Assembly: GCA_012727435.1 (NCBI GenBank)
Contig: JAAYHB010000003.1
Location: forward strand, 1,315-65,314
Length of the DNA: 64,000 bases
DNA from: Clostridiales bacterium
GTDB lineage: Bacteria > Bacillota > Clostridia > Oscillospirales > CAG-272
Direction: 5' to 3'
Shown: piece by piece, positions 43,737-52,240 of the stretch
Layout: each line of letters starts with the position of its first letter
Position numbering within the stretch: position 1 is the first letter of the stretch
Position numbers and translations under genes: made by a program
The notes under the pieces: model-generated
The model's database searches: none
What the model saw: the letters and a program-made list of their open reading frames with translations, nothing else
Told to the model about the DNA's origin: nothing

Positions 43737-45353
43737 TCAGTTTTTTACCCCGTTTTCGGCAATCCACTCCTTGACCGCCAGTGAAACCCTCAGATAGTCG
43801 TTTGTCAGTATCGTATCGACACCCATGTCAAGGTATTTCTTTGCCTCTACCGGGTCATCGCACCAGAATAAATTGCATTTTATACCCTCGTCATGAGCCG
43901 CGGCTATTATCTCCTCGGTGCAGTTTTCGTGTATGAGCTGAACCTTCCGGCACTTATATTTGACGGCCCTTGATACGATATTCATCGGATCGGGCTTCGA
44001 CGAACAGCAGCGCGCGATCTCGGGGGTGTACTCAAGCGCAAGCTCGAGTATATCCGGCTTTGCCATGAAATAAACATGCTCCAGGCAATCGTATTTGTCA
44101 AGGAGGTCGCGGATCCTGAGCAACACCGCCGGGTCATAAACCTCGTTTTTGGGCGACTTTATGTGCAGGTTGATTATGGTCTGACGCGGGAAGACTCTCA
44201 AGACCTCCTCAAGCGTGCAAAGTCTAAGCCCCCGAAAGTGCGGCGAATATTTTATGCCCGCATCAAGCTGCTTTATCTCGGCCAGGGTCATCCCGGAGAT
44301 AAGCCCGCTCCCGTCGGTTACACGCCCGACATTCTTGTCATGGATGACAATCAGCTCTCCGTCGGCCGACACGTTAACGTCAAACTCAATCTCGTCGGCC
44401 CCCAGCGCGACAGCTGCGCCGAATGCCGGCAGCGAGTTTTCGGGGGCTATTGTGTTGAACCCGCGGTGCGCGCAGACTCTGGGATAGGGAGTCTGCTCGT
44501 CGCTGGGTTTGACCGCGCTTCCGGCCGGCCGGTAGACCCACGGGACCCGGCCGCGCTCCACAAATTCTACATTTGAGATGTTTGCTCCGCCGAAACAGTA
44601 AGGGCGGGCATATTTTTTCTTCGGGTCGCCTATGTCGCAGACAAGGCTGCCGGACCCCTGCCTCAGTTTGGCAAGTATCTTCCCCGACGGATCGACAACC
44701 ATCGAGGACCCGCCGGTGTCTGCGCCCGCCCCCATATCTACCGAGGAGCGAACGACAAAAGCGTTGCAATAAAATGCGGTGGTAATACTTGTGGCGTCGA
44801 GTATGTCCCAGCGTTCAGACCTCTGGTGGGAGGATACCAGAATAATATCAAGCTTCATTTTTGCCAGGTGCTGGATATACTCGTTGAAGTAGCAGTCGTA
44901 GCAGGTAAGAAAGCCGTATCTTATCCCGTCGACCTCGACGACCGTGGGGGTCCTGTACTCGTAAGTATAGCTCCCGTCCATCCCCTTGACCAAAACCTCC
45001 GACGGGGGTAAGTGCTGCTTGTAATAATCGCCGGCAACCGACCCGTCTGGCCTGAAAACCCGCGTGGTATTGCGGTACTTTCCGTCAATATCTGCCGCAT
45101 AGTTGACCGCAACAACCGCATTGCAGCGCACAGCCGCCGCCCGCGCGGCCGATATGAGTGGTTCGGTATGTGCCTTCGCGTAGGGTATGCATTCTCCCTT
45201 GGGATAGACTGTCGGCGCATTGGAGTATTCGGGGGTGAGTATCAGGTCGATATCCTCCCCGCATTTGTTCAGTTCATCAATGATAAACTGCACCGCGGCG
45301 TCGGCTTCGTTTATTGTATAGGGATACGGGGGCTGAATGATGCAAACCTTCAT
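43737..45353 (-). CDS. fusion protein: carbon-nitrogen hydrolase (nitrilase superfamily) N-domain plus GDPD C-domain
   Basis: The N-domain has MKVCIIQPPYPY, TPEYSN and LTCYDCYF. The C-domain has CAHRGFNTIAPENSLPAF and EIEFDVNVSADGELIVIHD. No signal peptide. Confidence 0.8.
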   Translation of the reverse strand: MKVCIIQPPYPYTINEADAAVQFIIDELNKCGEDIDLILTPEYSNAPTVYPKGECIPYAKAHTEPLISAARAAAVRCNAVVAVNYAADIDGKYRNTTRVFRPDGSVAGDYYKQHLPPSEVLVKGMDGSYTYEYRTPTVVEVDGIRYGFLTCYDCYFNEYIQHLAKMKLDIILVSSHQRSERWDILDATSITTAFYCNAFVVRSSVDMGAGADTGGSSMVVDPSGKILAKLRQGSGSLVCDIGDPKKKYARPYCFGGANISNVEFVERGRVPWVYRPAGSAVKPSDEQTPYPRVCAHRGFNTIAPENSLPAFGAAVALGADEIEFDVNVSADGELIVIHDKNVGRVTDGSGLISGMTLAEIKQLDAGIKYSPHFRGLRLCTLEEVLRVFPRQTIINLHIKSPKNEVYDPAVLLRIRDLLDKYDCLEHVYFMAKPDILELALEYTPEIARCCSSKPDPMNIVSRAVKYKCRKVQLIHENCTEEIIAAAHDEGIKCNLFWCDDPVEAKKYLDMGVDTILTNDYLRVSLAVKEWIAENGVKN

Positions 45354-45381
45354 TTTGGATTCCTTTCAGAGTCGAAATACA

Positions 45382-46830
45382 TCAGGACAGCTTTGAGTAT
45401 GTGTCAAACAATCTGTCATAAAAGGTCTTGAGGCTTTTCTCCTTCGAGGCATAATAAGAAGCCACCGAAGTTGAACCCGATGCGACACAATCGCCGATAA
45501 TGTACCTGACAATGCTTCCGGTATCTGTGAGGTATCCGAAATCAATAATCAGCCCGTCGCCGATGAGGCGCAGCATTTCAAGCGATTTTTCATCGCGCAT
45601 TGTCTGGTAGGAGAGTACCTGCTCGTACACGCCTTCTTTAAGCTCGCCGTAGCTCTTCTCGGACATCGCCTCAAGAATCAGACCTGCCGAGGAGGTATCC
45701 TGAACCGACTTCGGCATACCCATAACAAGCACCGACGCGGTCATCATGGAGAGGTATTTTTCCTGCTGGGTGTCAAATTTCGGATAGGGGATCGGCCTGA
45801 AGTTATCATTCATAGAATGATGCTCAAAAAGCCCGCCTATATATGTTGTCCTCATTAGCAGCCTGCCCGAGTTGAAAAGATCAATATAATTTTCCGCCAC
45901 TATGGTGCGGTTCTTGGCAAACAGGGCATTTACCTTTTCGAGTACCGTCTGCATCTTTTCGGCATTGAAGTCCAATTCATAGTTATTGGTTGCCTTGTTG
46001 AATTTGACAATGCTCAGGCCGCTGCAGTATTGGAAGTTCATGAGGTTGTTGGTGTTGCGGATTGCGAAGGCAAAGCGGTCATCATCCTCAACGAATTTCC
46101 CGTCGCCGTTTAGGTCGTCGGGCACGTTTTCGGTCACCTCATACATTTTGTCGAGCGTCCACTGGTTGGTCTTAACAATTTCGTACAGGTCGGGAAGACT
46201 TAACTCGTCGGCAAGGTCGACATTATAAACCAGTGCAGCGCCGAAGAGGTATGTGGAATATGCAAAATCGCCCATTAGCAGGTACAGCTTGTCATATATT
46301 GTAAAGTCGTTGACCTGCTGCTGGCTGTACCACGGCTGCGTCAAATCAAGATACTCGATATCCCATAAATTATACAAGTAACCGCTAAGCGAAAGCGTTA
46401 CCATGCGCGCCGGGTCGGTCAGGGCAAGGGCACAAACATCATCGCCTGAGCTTACGCTGTTTTGAATGACCTTTGCAACGGCAGACGAGCTTTCAAACTG
46501 CTGTGTTGAAATAGCGACGTCAAACCTCTCCTCGACCTGCCGGTTCCGGTTGTATATGGCGTCGTTTATTATATCCCCTGTCATGGTTGCGACATCGCCC
46601 TGCGGGGTATCGATGCCGGTTACCGAGGACGGCGTGGCCTCAAAAATTCTAAACTCGTAGCCACTGAGCTTTATATCAGGCAGATTGGCCCACAGGGGCT
46701 GTGTTTCTGTCCCGTTGTCTGTATTTGAGCCGGCGGGAGTAGTGCTGTTTTCATCGCCGTCGTTCGGCCCGCAAGCCGCCACAAGCATCAGGACCGCCAA
46801 GAGCAGCAGAAAAATTACGAACTTTCTCAT
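45382..46830 (-). CDS. ABC-transporter extracellular solute-binding lipoprotein (orphan in this window)
   Basis: Start trimmed to MRKFVIFLLLLAVLMLVAACG (lipobox; AAGGAG RBS 7 nt upstream). About 480 aa, the size of a sugar-type SBP. Confidence 0.7.
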   Translation of the reverse strand: MRKFVIFLLLLAVLMLVAACGPNDGDENSTTPAGSNTDNGTETQPLWANLPDIKLSGYEFRIFEATPSSVTGIDTPQGDVATMTGDIINDAIYNRNRQVEERFDVAISTQQFESSSAVAKVIQNSVSSGDDVCALALTDPARMVTLSLSGYLYNLWDIEYLDLTQPWYSQQQVNDFTIYDKLYLLMGDFAYSTYLFGAALVYNVDLADELSLPDLYEIVKTNQWTLDKMYEVTENVPDDLNGDGKFVEDDDRFAFAIRNTNNLMNFQYCSGLSIVKFNKATNNYELDFNAEKMQTVLEKVNALFAKNRTIVAENYIDLFNSGRLLMRTTYIGGLFEHHSMNDNFRPIPYPKFDTQQEKYLSMMTASVLVMGMPKSVQDTSSAGLILEAMSEKSYGELKEGVYEQVLSYQTMRDEKSLEMLRLIGDGLIIDFGYLTDTGSIVRYIIGDCVASGSTSVASYYASKEKSLKTFYDRLFDTYSKLS

Positions 46831-46944
46831 TACAGTGCTCCTTTCCAATATTATTGCGGGAGCTGCCACTTTGAAAAAGCCTGAACTCTCGCATATGCCC
46901 GGGGCAATAAGTAACTGTGATCAAAAACAACCCGAATTGAGGAT

Positions 46945-47011
46945 GCTGGCTTTTTCTCTGCCCTGACAGGCTCAAATCATATTCAAACCCGTAAGCCGAG
47001 AAAAAGCCAGC
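46945..47011. repeat. 14-bp inverted repeat with a 39-nt loop
   Basis: GCTGGCTTTTTCTC (46945..46958) pairs with GAGAAAAAGCCAGC (46998..47011), between the GLUG gene end and the SBP operon. Confidence 0.5.
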
Positions 47012-47083
47012 AGTTGTAATTGTGTGGGGGTATTTAAAGCTCTGTATTAACAGATGCTTTCAAGGTTAATCCGGAAATCGGCT

Positions 47084-48445
47084 TTAATGCTTCTTTCCTT
47101 TTTTCAACACAAAGAGGGCGGGTAGGGCAAACCACACCAGATTTGCCGAAACCACAGATTTGCAGCTCTTCTTCTCTTTGTCTTCGCTCTTGCCGGTTGT
47201 CGTTTCTACTTTACCTTCTGTGGTGTCTTCAGTACCGGAAGTCTCGGTCGGGCCTTTGGTCGTATCCTGCGGCCCGGGTGCGGTTGTCTCCTCGGGTGCT
47301 GCGGTTGTGGTTTCCTCCGTATCGTTTGCCGGCGGCAGCTTGCCGAGGAAGGTCTTGAGCGTAAGCCCCTCAACCGCGTCATATACCCAGAAGTCGGGGT
47401 CGAGCTTGAGGTCATCGACCGCAGTCGGGCTGTTGATCTCCGCCAGAGTCTTGCCCTCAGCACCGCCGGCAATATCGGCATCCTCAGCTCCGCCGAATGT
47501 GTTGTTGTCCTTTACATAATAGTTGTTTGTCACGGTTCCGGCAAACGGCTTTGGCGAGCTGGCGACCCGCAGATAGCCATACACCGAGCCTATTCTTGTC
47601 GGCAGCGGCGAGGTAGAGGTTACGGTTCCCCTCATCACGCAGTTCGACCCTGTACCGCTTGCATATCCGCTGCCTATCTGCCCGGCGATTCCGCCTATCT
47701 GCGAGGTTCCGCCGATGACCTTACCGACAAACAGGCAGTTTGAGATCTCACCGCCGACCATGCCGCAAAGTCCGCCGACAAGCGTGTCGGAAACGCAGAT
47801 TGCATTCGACAGACAGTTGATAATATCTCCCGTAACATCTGTGTAAGAGGTGTGTCCGGCAATAGCCCCTACATACCTGTTTGTTGCATACACATAGGAG
47901 TCAAGCACTGCAAGGTTTTTCACGGTTCCGTTCAGTATGCTGAACAGGCCGAAGGCCTCGTCGTCGACTCCGTTCTGACCGTCGCCATAGCAGTACATGC
48001 CGTATATGGCATGTCCGTCACCGTCAAATGTGCCTGCAAAGAGATTTTCATCGGCTTTGGATGCAAAATCGGCACCGATAGGACGCCATACATTTGCCGG
48101 AGGATTCGTCCCCCAGTTCTGCCAGCCTTCCGTGTCGTTCAGATAAATATCGACCGTAAGCTTTACATACTCACCCCTAAAATTCTTGATTCCGGCTCTG
48201 ACAACCTCAGAGAGCATTGCCAGATCGGCAGCGCTTGAGATAAGCCACGGATCATTCTCGGTTCCGCTCCCGCCACTGAAGGTCGGGGTATTTACCGGGG
48301 TCGGGAAGGTCCCGTCCCATACCGAAGCATTGTTGGCTGCTGTGGTGGTTGTCAGCACTTCTGCATCTGCTGCAAGGCTGAATACCGTAGACAGCATCAA
48401 CACTGTAATAATAACTGCCGAGATGATTTTACGGGCGCGTTTCAT
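47084..48445 (-). CDS. cell-surface protein with GLUG-type Gly-rich repeats, a Thr/Glu-rich stalk and a C-terminal TM anchor
   Basis: Signal peptide MKRARKIISAVIITVLMLSTVFSLAADA. Sequence SGGSGTENDPWLISSAADL, then repeats VGAIAG, VGGLCG and IGGIAG. Tail is LVWFALPALFVLKKGKKH. Confidence 0.75.
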   Translation of the reverse strand: MKRARKIISAVIITVLMLSTVFSLAADAEVLTTTTAANNASVWDGTFPTPVNTPTFSGGSGTENDPWLISSAADLAMLSEVVRAGIKNFRGEYVKLTVDIYLNDTEGWQNWGTNPPANVWRPIGADFASKADENLFAGTFDGDGHAIYGMYCYGDGQNGVDDEAFGLFSILNGTVKNLAVLDSYVYATNRYVGAIAGHTSYTDVTGDIINCLSNAICVSDTLVGGLCGMVGGEISNCLFVGKVIGGTSQIGGIAGQIGSGYASGTGSNCVMRGTVTSTSPLPTRIGSVYGYLRVASSPKPFAGTVTNNYYVKDNNTFGGAEDADIAGGAEGKTLAEINSPTAVDDLKLDPDFWVYDAVEGLTLKTFLGKLPPANDTEETTTAAPEETTAPGPQDTTKGPTETSGTEDTTEGKVETTTGKSEDKEKKSCKSVVSANLVWFALPALFVLKKGKKH

Positions 48446-48652
48446 GCTTGTACCTCTCTTTTTTAGCAGAATCTGCCGATTTTTTAAAACTGGATATCAG
48501 CATATAAATGCCTCAACATAATTTAAGCATGCAGAAATACTATTGTCAAATACATTTTATTTATAATACCTATAACATTTCAATTATATTTATCGGTATT
48601 AAATATATTATTGTTATGATACCGCCATGCAGCTTACAGATTTCACAAATAA

Positions 48653-48681
48653 TTGACACCGGTTATTATATGTTATATAAT
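48653..48681 (+). promoter_or_regulatory. sigmaA-type promoter for the LysR gene
   Basis: TTGACA (48653..48658), 17-nt spacer, TATAAT (48676..48681), in an AT-rich divergent region. Confidence 0.55.
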
Positions 48682-48721
48682 CATCTTAAATACCGGGCGG
48701 ACAAAAAACCGGAGGTTCAGA

Positions 48722-49639
48722 ATGACCATAAAAGAAATGCAGTATATAATCGAGATAGCAAAGTGCAAAAACTTCACCAAGGCGGCCGAGAGTTTGTATA
48801 TCAGCCAGCCGGCGCTCAGTCAGGCGATAATAAGGCTTGAAAAGGACATCGGCATTCAGATATTTACGCGCAGAAAAAACTCGGTCGAGCTGACTCCGGA
48901 GGGTACCGCGATATACAACAAAGCCTGTCAGGTATTCAACGAATACAATGAATTCTGCCAGCTTATCGAGAAAATCTCCAAAGATAAAAAAACGGCCGTG
49001 TCTCTCGGGATTACTCCTTACTACAGCAGCTTCTATCTGCCGATGATCACCTCACACCTTAAAAAAACACACCCTGAGATAAAGCTGGATATAGTAGAGG
49101 ATGTTGCCGAAACTCTTCGGACCATGATTCTGCACGAGCATATCGACCTCGGTATTTTTGTTGAGCGGTCCGACGACAAGGACATCGTTTACGATTTGCT
49201 GTACCGCGAAGAGATATTCCTTGCCGTGCCGAGCGATTACATGCTCCGCAGCATAGACATTACAAAACCGGTCGATATCAGCTTGTTTAGGGATGCGCCT
49301 TTTGTCCTTATGAAAAACAAAAACACCTTCAATGAGCTTTGCCAGAAAATCTGTGCAGACGCGGGATTTACACCCAAGGTCGTATACAATTTTTCAAACT
49401 GGGAAACGGCCTGCGCGATGATAGCCCAGGGAGCCGGCATAGGTTTTCTGCCGCGCATATCAATCTTTTCCCTGCCGAAGAAGAACACCCCGATTTTTTT
49501 GAAAATCAACACAAAGCATAACACAAGAAATTTCTCGGTCGCCCGTCTGGCAAGCCGGCCGGTTACAAATCAAATGAGGGCCGTTATTAATTCGCTTGTC
49601 GGGCTATTCAGCTCATTTGACCCGAATTCTCTGGACTGA
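48722..49639 (+). CDS. LysR-family transcriptional regulator
   Basis: Start trimmed to MTIKEMQYIIEIAKCKNFTKAAESLYISQPALSQAI (wHTH). GGAGG RBS. Confidence 0.88.
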   Translation: MTIKEMQYIIEIAKCKNFTKAAESLYISQPALSQAIIRLEKDIGIQIFTRRKNSVELTPEGTAIYNKACQVFNEYNEFCQLIEKISKDKKTAVSLGITPYYSSFYLPMITSHLKKTHPEIKLDIVEDVAETLRTMILHEHIDLGIFVERSDDKDIVYDLLYREEIFLAVPSDYMLRSIDITKPVDISLFRDAPFVLMKNKNTFNELCQKICADAGFTPKVVYNFSNWETACAMIAQGAGIGFLPRISIFSLPKKNTPIFLKINTKHNTRNFSVARLASRPVTNQMRAVINSLVGLFSSFDPNSLD

Positions 49640-49657
49640 CATCAAAAGTACAACAAG

Positions 49658-49681
49658 AAAAGGCACCGCACGGTGCCTTTT
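49658..49681 (+). terminator. intrinsic terminator of the LysR gene
   Basis: AAAAGGCACC-gcac-GGTGCCTTTT. Confidence 0.7.
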
Positions 49682-49692
49682 CCTGTTTGTTC

Positions 49693-49725
49693 AAAACTGA
49701 CCGGCAGCTTGCCGGTCAGTTTTTT
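49693..49725. terminator. bidirectional terminator
   Basis: AAAA-CTGACCGGCAGCTTGCCGGTCAG-TTTTTT, 6 nt from the stop of the minus-strand gene. Confidence 0.7.
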
Positions 49726-49731
49726 ATCTGC

Positions 49732-50988
49732 TTATTTGGCCTGGGAACGCTGCTTTCTGCGGTTCACGAAAATCAGGGCTGCAAGCGAGACAGAAGAGAC
49801 CGCCATTGCTATTACAGCATAAATTGTGGCATCGCCGGTAGCGGGCTCCTTGTTGGGAGAGGCAGTATAGGCGTTCTCAAGATCAGCCTGCTTGTATTCC
49901 ATGAGCAGGAAACCTAAAACATCCCACTCGACAATGCCGGGCATGCCCTTGCCGTCGCCGCCGAGCGTGCCGGTCGGGGTGATGACAATTCGGAGCATTT
50001 TTGTGTTGACGCTTTCAAACTTGTAGGTGTTGTCCTGATTCGGGACATAGGAGTATGCTCCGATCTTCTTGACCGATACAAACTTGCTGCCGTCCCAGTA
50101 CTGAATGTCGATTGACTTCGGCACCCTAATATTTTCACCGTCGTCATACCACCTGACCACGCAGCTGTTCACCGATATTTCAGCCGGGAACTTATACTGC
50201 ACCCACAGATTGTCGACGTCGGTGTAGCCGTACGCACTCCAATGGGCGTCGGTTTTGTCGTTCAGATTAAATACGAAGTCGGTCTTGGAGGCAAACGTCG
50301 CAGTGGGCACCGCAATGCCCGAAATGCTGGTCAACTGAGGCTTCGGAATCACCGACCCCGCAGCCAGCGAACCTAAAACACTCCATTCGACAATGCCGGG
50401 CATTCCTGTGCCGTCACCGCCGAGCTTGCCGGCTGGGGTTAAGACAACACGGAGAATGGTGGTGTCGACCGGATCAAATCTGTAGATACTTATAACGTCA
50501 GTGGTTGGCTTGACAGATACGAACTCGCTGCCGTTCCAGTACTGGATGTCGATTTCCTTCGGCTCCTTGCTGCCGCTGCCGTCGTCATACCAGTCGAAGA
50601 CGCATCCTCTGATTGTCAACTTGCAGGGGAACTCGTACTGCACCCAGGGCTTATCTTCGCCGGTGTAGCCGGCTGCACTCCAGCGCGCTCTGGTGCCGTC
50701 ATTCAAGAATCTGGGGTGGCTTTCCTCATCGGCAAATGATACGGCGGGGGTTGCGATTTCCTTTAAATTAATTAAAGGATTGCCAAAGCCGTCGGTTATT
50801 CTCGGCAGGTCAACGATATTAATCGCATTCTCAATATCAAGTGCCTCGTCCACAATCGTAGCATATTTTGCGTTGGTCTTCTTGACTATACTTGTGTCGG
50901 TGTTGGTTATTCTCGAATTATCTTTTGAGCCTGCAACGTCAAGTTCTCCAACCGGTATTGAATAGCATCCTATAAGTTTGCCTGTCAC
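49732..50988 (-). CDS. surface-protein C-terminal part: two tandem discoidin/galactose-binding-like domains plus a sorting-signal-like tail (probably the 3' half of a split gene)
   Basis: GTG start overlaps the upstream stop (GTGA), with no RBS and no signal peptide. Two ~140-aa repeats each end in MPGIVEW.VLG. Tail is EPATGD + hydrophobic helix + NRRKQRSQAK. Confidence 0.6.
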   Translation of the reverse strand: MTGKLIGCYSIPVGELDVAGSKDNSRITNTDTSIVKKTNAKYATIVDEALDIENAINIVDLPRITDGFGNPLINLKEIATPAVSFADEESHPRFLNDGTRARWSAAGYTGEDKPWVQYEFPCKLTIRGCVFDWYDDGSGSKEPKEIDIQYWNGSEFVSVKPTTDVISIYRFDPVDTTILRVVLTPAGKLGGDGTGMPGIVEWSVLGSLAAGSVIPKPQLTSISGIAVPTATFASKTDFVFNLNDKTDAHWSAYGYTDVDNLWVQYKFPAEISVNSCVVRWYDDGENIRVPKSIDIQYWDGSKFVSVKKIGAYSYVPNQDNTYKFESVNTKMLRIVITPTGTLGGDGKGMPGIVEWDVLGFLLMEYKQADLENAYTASPNKEPATGDATIYAVIAMAVSSVSLAALIFVNRRKQRSQAK

Positions 50989-52004
50989 CGCGGCAAGCCA
51001 AGGATAAGTCCGGTGTGCGTGGTGTCGCCGTCCTTACCTTCAACAGGACCGAAGTTATAGCAGTTTTTTACTTCCGACACATCTGCTGTTGTGTGGAATT
51101 TGCCGACAATACCGCCGACTCCGCTTTTATCATTCAGGGTAAGATCGGCAAGTGAAATCTTCCCGTAATTAACACAATCTTCAATTTTTGAGCCGTTGAG
51201 AAATGCTACAATACCTCCAATACCTGCCTGACCGGGGTTCGTGTCCCTGACTCTTCCGATTACATCGCCGTAATTTACGCAATTTTTAACAGTCGCGCCA
51301 CTCTCTGCAATTCCTGCAATTGCACCGGCAATCAGGTTTTGGGTGGAGTTGCCATATGCGAAAAGCGTACCGTAGTTTATGCAGTTTTCAATTGTGCCGG
51401 TAACCCGCCCTGTAAGCATACCGACCGCGTTGGTATGGCTTTCGTAATAAGAATCGGCATCAACAGTACACTGGGACAATGTCCCGTCCATTTTGCCGGC
51501 AATAATCGCTGCATTAAGGGGTACCGTGTTGATGACAGCGGCACTTACAAAGTTTATGTTCTTCGCTGTGCCGCTGAGTATTCCGAAGAATCCGAAATAT
51601 GCACCGTCAAGATTCTTCCTGCCAGAATCCACATAATACGAGAGATTGCTGATGCTGTGCTGCTGGCCGTCAAAGGTTCCCCTAAACCCGTTTGTACCTG
51701 AAGAACCTTTTTGGGTACCAATAGGCGTCCAGTCATATCCGCCCAGGTCAACATCGGCCCCGAGTTTTATGGTTTTTCCGTCGAAGTCATCGGCGGCGAT
51801 TCCGGTTGCCTTACCGTTGACGATAGCTGCAAGTCCGGCCAACTGGGCAGCCGTAGTCAGCGTGAACTCGGTGTCGGTCGTGTTGTACCATGAGGTGTCG
51901 ATTGTCATTCCGTCCCAAGCAGCTGCCGTGGTGCCGACATTATATGTAAACGTCAGCATCAACAGTGTCGTCAGGACAAGCAAATAAGCCGTGAGTTTTT
52001 TCAT
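50985..52004 (-). CDS. secreted GLUG-repeat protein (probably the 5' half of a split gene)
   Basis: Start trimmed to MKKLTAYLLVLTTLLMLTFTYNVGTTAAAW (GGAAAGGA RBS). Repeats AGAIAGIAESGATVKNCVNYG, IGGIVAFLNGSKIEDCVNYG and VGGIVGKF are present. There is no anchor. Confidence 0.65.
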   Translation of the reverse strand: MKKLTAYLLVLTTLLMLTFTYNVGTTAAAWDGMTIDTSWYNTTDTEFTLTTAAQLAGLAAIVNGKATGIAADDFDGKTIKLGADVDLGGYDWTPIGTQKGSSGTNGFRGTFDGQQHSISNLSYYVDSGRKNLDGAYFGFFGILSGTAKNINFVSAAVINTVPLNAAIIAGKMDGTLSQCTVDADSYYESHTNAVGMLTGRVTGTIENCINYGTLFAYGNSTQNLIAGAIAGIAESGATVKNCVNYGDVIGRVRDTNPGQAGIGGIVAFLNGSKIEDCVNYGKISLADLTLNDKSGVGGIVGKFHTTADVSEVKNCYNFGPVEGKDGDTTHTGLILGLPR

Positions 52005-52240
52005 TTTACGTTCCTTTCCTCTCTGTCTCTCTGGAGAAATGGTTGCCGTAATTATAGCACCGGCTCTATATCTTGTCAAGGATATTTTTTGATATTATGG
52101 CTATTTTGTAAACAAAATATGAGCATTCCTCGTTATACACAAAACATGTCACTTGTATTGTGTATCTTGTACAAATCCGGCTACCATAAATTGTGCGATT
52201 TAACAGTCATATGCTGCCCGAAACAAGGGTCTCTGTGCTT

